In this document: positions 45,227 through 55,322 of the stretch, in pieces
Layout: each line of letters begins with the position of its first letter
Position numbering within the stretch: the stretch's first letter is position 1
NCBI GenBank assembly: GCA_020184695.1
Contig: JAANOX010000205.1
Location: forward strand, 744,001 to 808,000
Reading direction: 5' to 3'
DNA length: 64,000 nucleotides
Source: Histomonas meleagridis 2922-C6/04-290x
Lineage: Eukaryota > Protista > Parabasalia
Position numbers and translations under genes: made by a program
Notes under the pieces: model-generated
What the model was told of the DNA's origin: nothing
The model's input: only the letters and a program-made list of their open reading frames with translations
Database searches by the model: none

Positions 45227-46804
45227 ATGACTAATTTCGGGATTATTTGCAGAGATTTAAAAGAATATCAAATACTAAATCCATTTATATCAAAAATTAC
45301 ACAATACTCAACAGTGTTTCCTTACGATGTCGTAAAATCAGCACTTTATACACCAATCCTTTCGAATACTAGAACTTTTCCATTTTTAGCAGTTGAGGTT
45401 GATATTTCTAAAGACGAACAAATTGATTTAAGTCACTATCTTTCAGCTGCTATTATTTTTTTTCGACCGAATCTAAATGATTTATTTGAATCAGCTTCAA
45501 ACGCTCTTCGTCAAATTAACAGATACCAAAACTTAAGGTTTTCTGCTTTATTGAACGATTTTTCCAAGTGGAATGAATTTGCAGAATTATGTGGTCATCC
45601 ACCAACGTTGTTTGTTTCACCAGAATTACCAAACAACATACTGGAATTATCTCTTTGGGGTTCAACTCATATCTTTTCAGTTAGTTTAAGTTCAAGTCAT
45701 TTTCTTCCTGATTTTACACTTCCAATTGATTTATCTCTTTTTATTAAAAACTTATTTGAGCGTTGTATTCCTGTTTTCCTCCCAGCATCTGTTCCTAACT
45801 TTCCAAATCTATTTGCTACAATTTATAGTGTAATGTCCGCAACAACCCCCACACCGTTTGTAGATATCTTTCGTCCTCCCATGGAAACAGTTACATGTGA
45901 TCTCCCTTCTTTATGCTATGAAGAATTTGAGGAAGATCAAGTCAAGTATGAAAAATATCAATTAGCAATTGAAAAAGCTATAAAATCTAAAGGTGATCCC
46001 TCCGCACTATTTGTTGCAGTTGTGGGAGCTGGAAGAGGTCCACTTGTCGATTGTGCTCTCAAAGCGGGAGCCGTTAACATCTTTGTAATTGAGAAAAACC
46101 GCTCTGTCTTTCAATTTCTTGAGATGAAAAAAACGGTTTCCTGGCCCGGTACGGTTCAACTTTTTTGCGGTGAAATGAGGAGCATCGAGTTACCGCATAA
46201 AGTTGATATATTAATTTCTGAACTACTTGGGGGATTCGGTGATAATGAGCTATGCCCTGAGTGTTTAGAAGGGTGTGAACGTTTCCTTAATAAGAATGCA
46301 ATTTCTGTTCCAAAAGAATATACATCTTTTTTAGTTCCATTGATGTCTCAACATTTATGGACTAAAGCTCTTTTCGAAATGAAGCAACAATCAATGCTCG
46401 TCATTCCATTGGCTGCTTCTGTTTTCATTTCTGAGCCTTCTTCTGTGTTTAAGTTTAGTCATCCAGGAAAAAACGAACTCTATCAAACAAAAATGATAAA
46501 GTTTAATCCGTCTCTGTTTAACGGAATGTGTAATGGCTTCGGTGGATGGTTTGAGGCAACACTTTTCGATGATGTTGTGATTTCGTCATCCCCAATTAAT
46601 GGAACACTGAAAATGATTTCGTGGATGCCGGTCTATTTCCCATTGGAACAAGCTGTGAACGTGAAAGAGGGAGAATGCATATCGATTATGTTTTCGAGAA
46701 AATCTGATGGAAATGCGGTGTGGTATGAATGGTCGATGGTAAGCCCAGAATATACATCAATAAGTAATGGTGGCGGAAGAATATTCTCATTTGGATTAAA
46801 ATAG
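45227..46804 (+). CDS. PRMT5: Protein arginine N-methyltransferase 5 (Skb1/Hsl7)
   Basis: YEEFEED.VKY..Y, VVGAGRGPLV, VDILISELLGGFGDNELCPECL, SWMPVYFPL, VWYEW. Confidence 0.92.
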   Translation: MTNFGIICRDLKEYQILNPFISKITQYSTVFPYDVVKSALYTPILSNTRTFPFLAVEVDISKDEQIDLSHYLSAAIIFFRPNLNDLFESASNALRQINRYQNLRFSALLNDFSKWNEFAELCGHPPTLFVSPELPNNILELSLWGSTHIFSVSLSSSHFLPDFTLPIDLSLFIKNLFERCIPVFLPASVPNFPNLFATIYSVMSATTPTPFVDIFRPPMETVTCDLPSLCYEEFEEDQVKYEKYQLAIEKAIKSKGDPSALFVAVVGAGRGPLVDCALKAGAVNIFVIEKNRSVFQFLEMKKTVSWPGTVQLFCGEMRSIELPHKVDILISELLGGFGDNELCPECLEGCERFLNKNAISVPKEYTSFLVPLMSQHLWTKALFEMKQQSMLVIPLAASVFISEPSSVFKFSHPGKNELYQTKMIKFNPSLFNGMCNGFGGWFEATLFDDVVISSSPINGTLKMISWMPVYFPLEQAVNVKEGECISIMFSRKSDGNAVWYEWSMVSPEYTSISNGGGRIFSFGLK

Positions 46805-47094
46805 AATTTATTTTTAGAAAATGTCATATATTATCAATAAACAGATATAATGAATCTAATAATGAATTCCATGTATGTTTTCTTGTAAATTTGAGAAATA
46901 ATTTCAAACTTTTTTGATGAATAAATTATCAGATTGATGAATTTCTATTTTCTTGCTTGTTTAAAATTAATATTAGATTTTGTAATTAGCATTTTTTAGA
47001 TAAGTAATGGAATAAAATATATCTACTTGTTAAACTCGTCTTTTGGTTTTGATTATAAGTAAAAAATTAATTAAACGTTCGTTCTTGCATCTGG

Positions 47095-48537
47095 ATGCTT
47101 TTGCCTTCGGCAATTTCGGCACCAAATCAAGAGAAAAAAATACCTATCACAGAAATACTTCTTCCGACTAGACAGAAAGGTAATTATCATATGGATTCTT
47201 TGGATGCTTTTTTAATTCTATTTTTTTTATTTATTGGCGTTTTAACAAGAATTATTCGTATTCATTTTCCAAATAAAATCACATATGAAGAAGAATCCAT
47301 TAGTACTTATCTTAATAATTATTACAAAAGAGAATATTTTTTTGATACGAATCCTCCACTAGGAAAGTTAATAGTTACTGGTGTTGCATACCTTAATGGG
47401 TATTACAAAGAGTTCAATCTCACACAAGAATCAAATTATTCATTTCCAATACATATTTCAATACGTTTATTTTCAGCAATTTTTTCTGGTTTATGCGTTC
47501 CGCTTTCATATGCTATTATGCGTGAAATTGGTTTAAGCTATTTTGGATCATCTCTAACCTCAATATATGTTGCATTGGATATCAGTCTTATTGTTGAGGG
47601 AAAGTTTACTGCTAAAAGTGGAATCAATCACTTCTTTGTACTCTTTGCCTTTTTTTCCATTTATATAAATGAGAAAATTTCCACAATTACATCTCTGATT
47701 TTTGAAGGCATCTGCTTTGGTCTTGCAGTTTCTATCGACTATAATGCTTGGAGTGTTGTCGTTGCAGGTGTAGCAAGGGAAATGATGTATATTACATCAA
47801 ATTCCTTGAGTAAATTTTCTCTTATTTCATCAACTTCAAGGATAATAGTGATTACCTCTGCAACAATCATAACACATTATTTAATTTTCTATATTCATCT
47901 CTGTTTACTTCCTTATCGTCCAACAGGATCAAATTATATCCCTTTTTACATGAATTCAACACTTGTTGACAAAGAAAAACCAGATTGGAATCAAAGAGGA
48001 TTTTTCCTATCATATTTATGGAGGATAACTTTTCTTATATTTGATATTATTATAAAAAAATTAATAACAAATAGAGCACATACTCAAGCTCCAACAGCTC
48101 GGAATATATTTCATTGGCTTTGTAGATTAGATACTGTTTTTATTGAAAAGAGCGTGATTGTTGCATACTTTCGAAGTTTTGTTTCATGGGGAGCGGTTAT
48201 GGCGGTTACAGTATTTAACGGTTATCTTGTCTTTCGAGGTAAATGCAGAATTAAAAGTGAAGTTGGAACACTTTTTGTTGCATCTGTCGCATCTCTTATT
48301 CTTCAAATTCTTTCTTTTAGAAATCCATCGCAAAGTAGTCGATCGATTGCATTCTATTTCAATCTGTTTCATATGAATTACTTTGTGCAGAAATATTTCA
48401 CCTCAAAAAAGAGAGGATTTATAACATCTTTTCTGATATTTGTGGCTGTTTTTAGTTATTTTTTATGGTATCCATTTGCTTATGGCATCGAAGTTAAAGA
48501 TATGCGTTTCTTAGGCATTTTGAACACTACCAAATAA
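47095..48537 (+). CDS. Dolichyl-phosphate-mannose protein O-mannosyltransferase (PMT)-like
   Basis: TR..RI.FP..I.YEE, YFFDTNPPLGKL, many TM segments; start may be 47191. Confidence 0.8.
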   Translation: MLLPSAISAPNQEKKIPITEILLPTRQKGNYHMDSLDAFLILFFLFIGVLTRIIRIHFPNKITYEEESISTYLNNYYKREYFFDTNPPLGKLIVTGVAYLNGYYKEFNLTQESNYSFPIHISIRLFSAIFSGLCVPLSYAIMREIGLSYFGSSLTSIYVALDISLIVEGKFTAKSGINHFFVLFAFFSIYINEKISTITSLIFEGICFGLAVSIDYNAWSVVVAGVAREMMYITSNSLSKFSLISSTSRIIVITSATIITHYLIFYIHLCLLPYRPTGSNYIPFYMNSTLVDKEKPDWNQRGFFLSYLWRITFLIFDIIIKKLITNRAHTQAPTARNIFHWLCRLDTVFIEKSVIVAYFRSFVSWGAVMAVTVFNGYLVFRGKCRIKSEVGTLFVASVASLILQILSFRNPSQSSRSIAFYFNLFHMNYFVQKYFTSKKRGFITSFLIFVAVFSYFLWYPFAYGIEVKDMRFLGILNTTK

Positions 48538-48860
48538 CAAACATTAAATATAGTCGCACATTTAGCAGTGGGTTTAATTTATTTATGTATGTTTATTAAT
48601 AAATTTTAATCAAATAATTTTTTTCTATGATGCGATTATGCGTAATATGATGCATGTTTTCATAGTTATCGTTCTAACCGCCAATTAAGCACGATAAGTA
48701 TTCAAAATTTGAATGAGTTGAAAAAAGATGTCACTTTTTTGACTAAGCATGGTTTACGATAAATCAAATTCAAAAAGTTAGTAAGAAAATTGACTTTTTC
48801 GATGTTTTTTCAATATATTCAAATGTGACAAAAGTTTATTTTGCACGCAAACATTTCCCG

Positions 48861-50174
48861 ATGTCTTCTGATGGGAAAGACTGTGGTCTTTATTGGAAAG
48901 GAACCCTTAAAAAGAAGACATTTCTAGGGATTTGGCAAACCTGTTTTTGTGAACTTCAACTCACCGAATTTTACATACGTAAAACAGAATCGACAGCTCA
49001 AATCAATAAAAGGATCCCTATGAATTCAGATACTATTGTTAATCTTATCGAAACAAATAATGGTCCCATTCTTACTGTTCAAGGAGCTGATAATGAAGTA
49101 ATTTATCTTAAAAGCGACAATGAAGAATCAATTTTTAAGTGGGTGATTGCACTTAGGTCAGCTACTTTTTACAATGCTAGTCTTGGAATCGAATCATTCA
49201 ATTTACTTAGGGTTATTGGAAGAGGATTTTATGGTAAAGTTACTCTTGTTTCAAAAAAGGATACGGGTGAACATTATGCACTTAAAACCATCCACAAAGC
49301 TCGTATTATCAAAGCGCGAAAGCTTCAAATCCCAATAACCGAATTAAACATACTCAAAAAGCTTCGGCATCCATTTATTGTCAACCTCAAATTTGCTTTC
49401 CAATCAGCCACCAAGTTTTATCTTGGTCTGGAATATGTTCCAGGCGGCGATCTCAAAACATTAATAACTCGCAATCGCGAGAGCCTCACACCTAACCTCA
49501 TTCGTCTTTACGTTGCTGAAGTTGCACTTGCTTTGAACCACATGCATAGTGTTGGTGTATTGTATCGCGATCTTAAACCAGAAAATCTTCTTATCAACAA
49601 TGATGGTCATTTAAAGGTCACTGATTTTGGGCTTTCTGAGGACGTTTCAGTTCTCAACTATAAATCTAGCGAGCTATGTGGTACTGCTGAATATGTTGCA
49701 CCAGAAGTAATCAAACGTGAACATTATTCATATGAAGTTGATTGGTGGGGACTTGGCATACTCACCTATGAGTTGTTTTTCGGTGTAACTCCTTTCTTTG
49801 CTCAAACAACAGAACTTATGTACCAAAGAATAGTTTCCAAAAAACCTCTATTCCCTATCGGCGCCGATAGTGACGTTGTATCGTTCGTGAAGTCACTTCT
49901 TAAAAAGGACCCTAAAAAAAGGGCAAATTTTGAGGAGCTAAAGGGGAAACCGTTTTGGGGTGGCCTTGACTTTGAAAAAGTGGCAAATAGAGAATATGTT
50001 CCTGACTTCATTCCTTTATTAGAAGGCCCTGATGACGTGAAATATTTCGATGAGGAATTCACTGATGAAAAACCATGCGATTCCCCAGCAACGCCAATTA
50101 TTGGGAGAAATGCTATGTTCACTGAATTTGATACAATTGAGGACTTAGGCGAGCACTGGTTCCAACAGAAATAA
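48861..50174 (+). CDS. PH-domain AGC protein kinase (Akt/PKB-like)
   Basis: N-terminal PH; IGRGFYGKV, YRDLKPEN, DFG, GTAEYVAPE; AGC C-terminal YFDEEFT. ATG at 48861. Confidence 0.92.
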   Translation: MSSDGKDCGLYWKGTLKKKTFLGIWQTCFCELQLTEFYIRKTESTAQINKRIPMNSDTIVNLIETNNGPILTVQGADNEVIYLKSDNEESIFKWVIALRSATFYNASLGIESFNLLRVIGRGFYGKVTLVSKKDTGEHYALKTIHKARIIKARKLQIPITELNILKKLRHPFIVNLKFAFQSATKFYLGLEYVPGGDLKTLITRNRESLTPNLIRLYVAEVALALNHMHSVGVLYRDLKPENLLINNDGHLKVTDFGLSEDVSVLNYKSSELCGTAEYVAPEVIKREHYSYEVDWWGLGILTYELFFGVTPFFAQTTELMYQRIVSKKPLFPIGADSDVVSFVKSLLKKDPKKRANFEELKGKPFWGGLDFEKVANREYVPDFIPLLEGPDDVKYFDEEFTDEKPCDSPATPIIGRNAMFTEFDTIEDLGEHWFQQK

Positions 50175-50699
50175 CATTTTTTCGCGACTGTGTATAAAAA
50201 TTAGTTGATATCTGTTACTTTTTTGTAATTTGTTTTAACTATGATCAAAAAATTATTTTTCAAATTCTGAATAATCATATTGAAGTTCTACAAAAGACTT
50301 TGCGAGATTACATTTGAAAATTCTTTCAGATAATGGTTTCGATATTTGGTTTATAAACATATGTTTTTTGATCGATGTTCATTCGAAATCTAAAAACGAA
50401 CGGTTGACAAAAAATTGGTTTACAGATGACTTAGCAAATATAAATTTATAATCCACATGCCATATCTAATGTTTAAAAAAATCAAATTTAAAGAGTGTTA
50501 TGCAAAATTTCTTCATAAGGAATCATATTTCATCTTAAACTTTAAACGATAAAAGTTTCTGTTGAAGCAAATAAAAGAACGTTCTTCCAAAAAAACCGAT
50601 TCAAATTTGAATGTGGTATAAAAAAAATTCCGAATCGAATTTTGATAGCGAAAATTCAGTATAACTGTAAAATCTCTGATTTCAAAATTTTTGGAAACA

Positions 50700-52307
50700 A
50701 TGTTTTTCTGGTGCTTGGTTACTTCTACAATACTTTTTCAGCAAACTTGCCAAGAGAACGAATACAGACTTAAGCCTAGCTTTAGGAAAGTTGCTACGGA
50801 AAAAAAGCTCATTTCAGATGCATTCCATCCTAATTCAAAATTAAAAACGCACAGCTCAGAACATGCGATTAAATTTCAAGTATTTCTAGATAAAACAGAT
50901 TATTTTGTGATATCTTCACCTTACTTTGAAGTTCAAAAACAAAACAATGTTACATCATCACAAAGAAAAATTCTATCATCCGATTTTTTTGAAGAAGGTG
51001 ACCTTGCAGGTATTACCGTCACTAATGCATCATCAACTGAGTTGTTAGAAAAGTATTTTAATATTCCGCATGTTTATACAGGCACTTCTTTTGAGCCACT
51101 TGATACTGAACAAAAAATTATGTTTCCAATTACTGATGAGAATCTAACATTTTCTATGTATTATCCTTACATCGAAAATATCTCTCGTGATGATGGTAAT
51201 TCGATGATTATATCTACAAGTAACCAAAAAACAGTTGAAGACCAAAAAAAGATTGATATATATTGTCAAGCAAATGTACAAGGAGGAACTTCAGTTTCAT
51301 TTAATTTGAAACATATAATGTCATCCATAGTATTATCTGTTACATTAGGTGATGGATTTACACCTGATCAAATTTCATCAGGTTGGACATTTTATTTATC
51401 AAATTTAAGACTTAATGGAACTTTTAATATTTATAGTGGATATGCAACAGCAGATTTGAACTCAGAACCAGTTACTGATTGGAATATCACAGATTTTGTT
51501 CAAACTAATGATGAAACAACAGGTAAAAGACAATATATATTATATTTATTTCCGCAAACATTAGAAAAAGGTTTAAATTTTTCGGCATGTTATAATGGAA
51601 AGTTTTACAATAAAACCATAAGTCTTTCTGAATTAAAAACCAATACAAGATATAATTTATCAACAGTATTGGATGAGTTTAATACATTAACATTTTCTGA
51701 ATCAAATACATATACTAATTCAAACACTTTTACAAATTCTCATACATTTAAAGAGTCAAATACTTTTACTAAATCAAATATTTTTACTGAGTCTTTTCCA
51801 AATGATGTTTCGATAACAAAAACTTTTATTTTGATTCATACATTACAAGATACTGTTACGTTCACTCAAACTTTATATCATTCGAAAATATTATCAATGA
51901 TATTAATTAATTCATCATATTTTTATACTTATTCAGAATTATTTTATTATAATTTTTCATTATTTCATTATTTAACTGAAACTGATATTTATTCACGTTC
52001 TTTTATGTATTATCAAACATCAGATTTAAATAATAATAATGAAGATGTTAACAATAAAGAAATGAATCTTACAATGATTATTGTTATTGTTTGTGTTTCA
52101 ATTATAATTATTGTTCTCATTATTTTATTTGTTATATTCTTGCGACGAAAACATAATATTCAAAAAGAAGATTTAACAGAAGAAGGAAATAAAGATGAAC
52201 AAGAAATCAACGCTAACACCAATATAACATCATATGAATATATTCCGACTGTTGAAGAAGATCCATTTGCTAAAGATTTTAAAGAAGATAATATGTTCAA
52301 AATATGA
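50700..52307 (+). CDS. Type I membrane surface protein with fimbrillin (Mfa_like_1)-like ectodomain, S/T-x-T-F stalk, TM and acidic tail
   Basis: Signal-like N-terminus; FEEGDLAGI, FSMYYPY, VSFNLKHIMSSI..TLGDGF, LFPQT, LKTNTRY; TM 52072-52140; tail EEDPFAKDFKE. Confidence 0.7.
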   Translation: MFFWCLVTSTILFQQTCQENEYRLKPSFRKVATEKKLISDAFHPNSKLKTHSSEHAIKFQVFLDKTDYFVISSPYFEVQKQNNVTSSQRKILSSDFFEEGDLAGITVTNASSTELLEKYFNIPHVYTGTSFEPLDTEQKIMFPITDENLTFSMYYPYIENISRDDGNSMIISTSNQKTVEDQKKIDIYCQANVQGGTSVSFNLKHIMSSIVLSVTLGDGFTPDQISSGWTFYLSNLRLNGTFNIYSGYATADLNSEPVTDWNITDFVQTNDETTGKRQYILYLFPQTLEKGLNFSACYNGKFYNKTISLSELKTNTRYNLSTVLDEFNTLTFSESNTYTNSNTFTNSHTFKESNTFTKSNIFTESFPNDVSITKTFILIHTLQDTVTFTQTLYHSKILSMILINSSYFYTYSELFYYNFSLFHYLTETDIYSRSFMYYQTSDLNNNNEDVNNKEMNLTMIIVIVCVSIIIIVLIILFVIFLRRKHNIQKEDLTEEGNKDEQEINANTNITSYEYIPTVEEDPFAKDFKEDNMFKI

Positions 52308-52643
52308 ATTTCATTCATGTTGAAGAGTATTTATTTAAATAAACTGTTTTTATTTGTTAATAATGTCTTTGAATTTGAAATAATTAGTTAAAAATACGAA
52401 AATAAATTTAAAATATATCATTCCCCATTGTTAAACAATTTATTAACATATTTTTTTTATACCAAATATTTTAAATGATTATCGTACACATTCTTAAATA
52501 GTATAAATACAAATTAACCAAATTCTACATTAAAATTATCCAAATATGAGATAAATTTTGATTAAAAAATAATTTAAAACATAAAATTTTTATATAGTAT
52601 ATAATAACAATAAATATATCAATAAAAAAGAACTTTTTTTTTG

Positions 52644-53738
52644 TTATTTCTCTGTTACATATTCATGGACATGTATATCCAAGTTTGCGGCAATTGTACT
52701 TATTTCCTGTTCGTTCGCGAGACATTTTAGCTTTGGTTCTCTGTATATATCACCTCTAATTTCGATCAGTGCCAATCTTTCCAGCTGTTGCACCTGTAAA
52801 TAAGCAGAATAATCGAAATCGATTTCGAAAAGATGACTATAAAAAAGTGCCTTTGATATAGCAAACACTCTTTCCAATGATACGTATTCATGATCTTCAA
52901 GAAGTTTTGTCGATCTTCTTTTCTTTTTTAATGATCTAGCAAATCTCATCAGATCAGATGTAGTTGAAGTTTTAGAAGCAATATAAACCGCAAGGAGAAT
53001 CACAGAAGCAACAGTAGACAACCCATCAATACGGCAAACCTTCTGAATGCGCATTGTGTCGAGACATTTAAGAATTTCTTTCCCTATCGTCTTTTGGGGC
53101 GCCCCAGAAACCGAATGACATATGAAAATGATGTCTCTGATGTCCTTTGTCATCGGCTCTGAAATGGTAATGATCTTGCGAACTAATACACCAAAGGACT
53201 CATCGTCTTCTTTGTTATAGGCAGAAAGAATAATTTGTTCAAGCTCAGGTTTATCATACGCAGGAAAGATAATGTTTGTAATTGAAAATGGATCAATTCT
53301 GAAGAAAGAGGGATTAACATGTGTAACAAAAATAAAAGTAAAATTTGTGAGAATGTGTGAATCAATTACAGCAATTGATTGTGCTAAAAGATCATTCGCA
53401 CCATCTTCAAGAAGATCAAAAGAATCAAAAACTATAATTGTTTCAACTTCATCATTAACATATTTGGTAATTTGTTGAAACGAAGAAATTTTCTTAATTT
53501 TTGTTTCTTCATCTGATAATTGTTGAACCATACTTGTCAATACATCTGAAATTGTATCGCCAGTATCACAATAGAGATGAACACATCTTGTTGTATCTTT
53601 CACTTGGTCAATAAGAAAGTTCACCGTTATTGTTTTTCCAGATGAAACAGGTCCTGATAAAAGAATTATTTTGCTCCCTGATTTTAAAGAGTATAAAAGC
53701 TTTGCGTATTGTTCTTGGCGACAAATTGGATGTTCCAT
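52644..53738 (-). CDS. ORC5: Origin recognition complex subunit 5
   Basis: AAA+ Walker A GPVSSGKT, Walker B VFDSFD, FPAY.K.EL, C-terminal SLERVFAI. Confidence 0.75.
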   Translation of the reverse strand: MEHPICRQEQYAKLLYSLKSGSKIILLSGPVSSGKTITVNFLIDQVKDTTRCVHLYCDTGDTISDVLTSMVQQLSDEETKIKKISSFQQITKYVNDEVETIIVFDSFDLLEDGANDLLAQSIAVIDSHILTNFTFIFVTHVNPSFFRIDPFSITNIIFPAYDKPELEQIILSAYNKEDDESFGVLVRKIITISEPMTKDIRDIIFICHSVSGAPQKTIGKEILKCLDTMRIQKVCRIDGLSTVASVILLAVYIASKTSTTSDLMRFARSLKKKRRSTKLLEDHEYVSLERVFAISKALFYSHLFEIDFDYSAYLQVQQLERLALIEIRGDIYREPKLKCLANEQEISTIAANLDIHVHEYVTEK

Positions 53739-53821
53739 GTTTGAGGAAATGTGACATGAAAACTCTGAGAACGACCGTTATCACTTGTGTTAATTTTTTA
53801 ACATAGTCTGTGAATTTGGAT

Positions 53822-53836
53822 GCGGTTTTGGCCTTT
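53822..53836 (+). promoter_or_regulatory. M3 (GCGGTT) + M5 (CCTTT) core promoter of RPL23A
   Basis: GCGGTTTTGGCCTTTCTTCAC-ATG. Confidence 0.7.
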
Positions 53837-53842
53837 CTTCAC

Positions 53843-54259
53843 ATGTCAGGCAAAGCAGAAGCCGCAGCAAAAGCAGCTGAACAAGGACAAAAAAAGCAAA
53901 TCAAGAAGACAAGGAATTTCAAGAAGTTCCAAAAGCCAAAAGCTACAATTCCAGCTAAGAAACCACAATATGAACATAAGGCTGTTCAACCAGTTTCTTT
54001 AAAGCGTAATGATTACAAGATCATCAAAGGCCCAGTTACATCAGATAAAGCTTCTCGTAAACTTGAAGATGAAAACACAATGACATTCTATGTCGATATC
54101 CGTGCTAAGAAACCAGAAATTGCTGCAGCCATCAATCGCCTTTATCATGTTAAACCAGTCAGTGTTAAGACATTGATCACACCCAAGTTCCTTAAGAAGG
54201 CTTATGTTCGTCTTCCAGAAGAAGTTGAAGCAATGAATCTTGCAAACGAAATGGCATAA
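53843..54259 (+). CDS. RPL23A: 60S ribosomal protein L23a (uL23)
   Basis: IIKGPVTSDKA..KLEDENTMTF.VD, KKAYVRL. ATG at 53843. Confidence 0.95.
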   Translation: MSGKAEAAAKAAEQGQKKQIKKTRNFKKFQKPKATIPAKKPQYEHKAVQPVSLKRNDYKIIKGPVTSDKASRKLEDENTMTFYVDIRAKKPEIAAAINRLYHVKPVSVKTLITPKFLKKAYVRLPEEVEAMNLANEMA

Positions 54260-54322
54260 ATTGTCACGTTAAATTTTACGTTTTATTTAATTACTTTCTC
54301 GGTGAATATGAAAAATTTAAAA

Positions 54323-54925
54323 TTAACCACAACATGACTTTTTACCCTGACCATTGGATTGCTTGATATCTACAGATTGTGTCTTGGTCGCTTTGTTTAT
54401 AATGTTACCTTTGTTTTGTATTAATTTGTTGAGAGCCATTTGGAACATTCGATCAATACCGGTTCCTTGAGAAGCACTAGTTTCGGCGTAAAGCGCAAAG
54501 TTATCAGTAGCTAATGAATTAGCTGTTTGAAATTCAATTACTCTACTATCTTCTAGATCTATTTTGTTACCGCAAATTATTATAACAATTTCATCTTCTA
54601 CGTTAGTATTAAGTTCTTTGATCCAATAGCTAACGGAATCATAACTTTCAGCTTTTGTAACATCAAAAACGATGATTGCAATCAAAGCACTTCTATAATA
54701 CATTGGTGCCAACCCTCTATAAACTTCTTGCCCAGCGGTATCCCAAATCAAAAGTTCTAGTTGTTGTCCTTCAATATTTACATCTTTTGTTACAAAAGCA
54801 GCACCAATTGTTGGATTAACATTTTCCTGAAATGTTCCTGAGACATACTTCGAGACAATACTCGTTTTTCCAACACCAGAATCGCCAAGAAGCACCAATT
54901 TCACTGCATTTCCGTCACCACTCAT
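54323..54925 (-). CDS. Rab family small GTPase (Rab5/21-like clade)
   Basis: GDSGVGKTS, PTIGAAF, WDTAGQE, GNKIDL, ETSA, C-terminal CCG. ATG at 54925. Confidence 0.95.
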   Translation of the reverse strand: MSGDGNAVKLVLLGDSGVGKTSIVSKYVSGTFQENVNPTIGAAFVTKDVNIEGQQLELLIWDTAGQEVYRGLAPMYYRSALIAIIVFDVTKAESYDSVSYWIKELNTNVEDEIVIIICGNKIDLEDSRVIEFQTANSLATDNFALYAETSASQGTGIDRMFQMALNKLIQNKGNIINKATKTQSVDIKQSNGQGKKSCCG

Positions 54926-55322
54926 TTGTAAAGTGAAAATGTATTTCAATGAAACCGCTGTCAATTGTGTTGTAATCTCATTCACAAACATTTCAACTGA
55001 TCTTCAACAAGAAAAAACTTCAAAACTCAATAATCATCAAAATTAAAATAACATTTTCTTAGAAAAACATTTTCCTTTTAAACTTCTTTAGTTGTAAATT
55101 AATTTCGATCATTAGAACTGTTTTGTTGTGTTCCATCATTTCGAATGTGACATTTGCCAATCAGAATAATCCATTGAATTCCGATAACTTTTTGTGTTCG
55201 TTGTGTAAAAAAATGCAAAACGATAATAAAATGTAATTTTACTTGTGCAGCCGCAACTTGAATGAGAAATATGCGAAAAAAGAGAAAACGTATTAACAGT
55301 TAACGTTTACATATAAGTGTGA

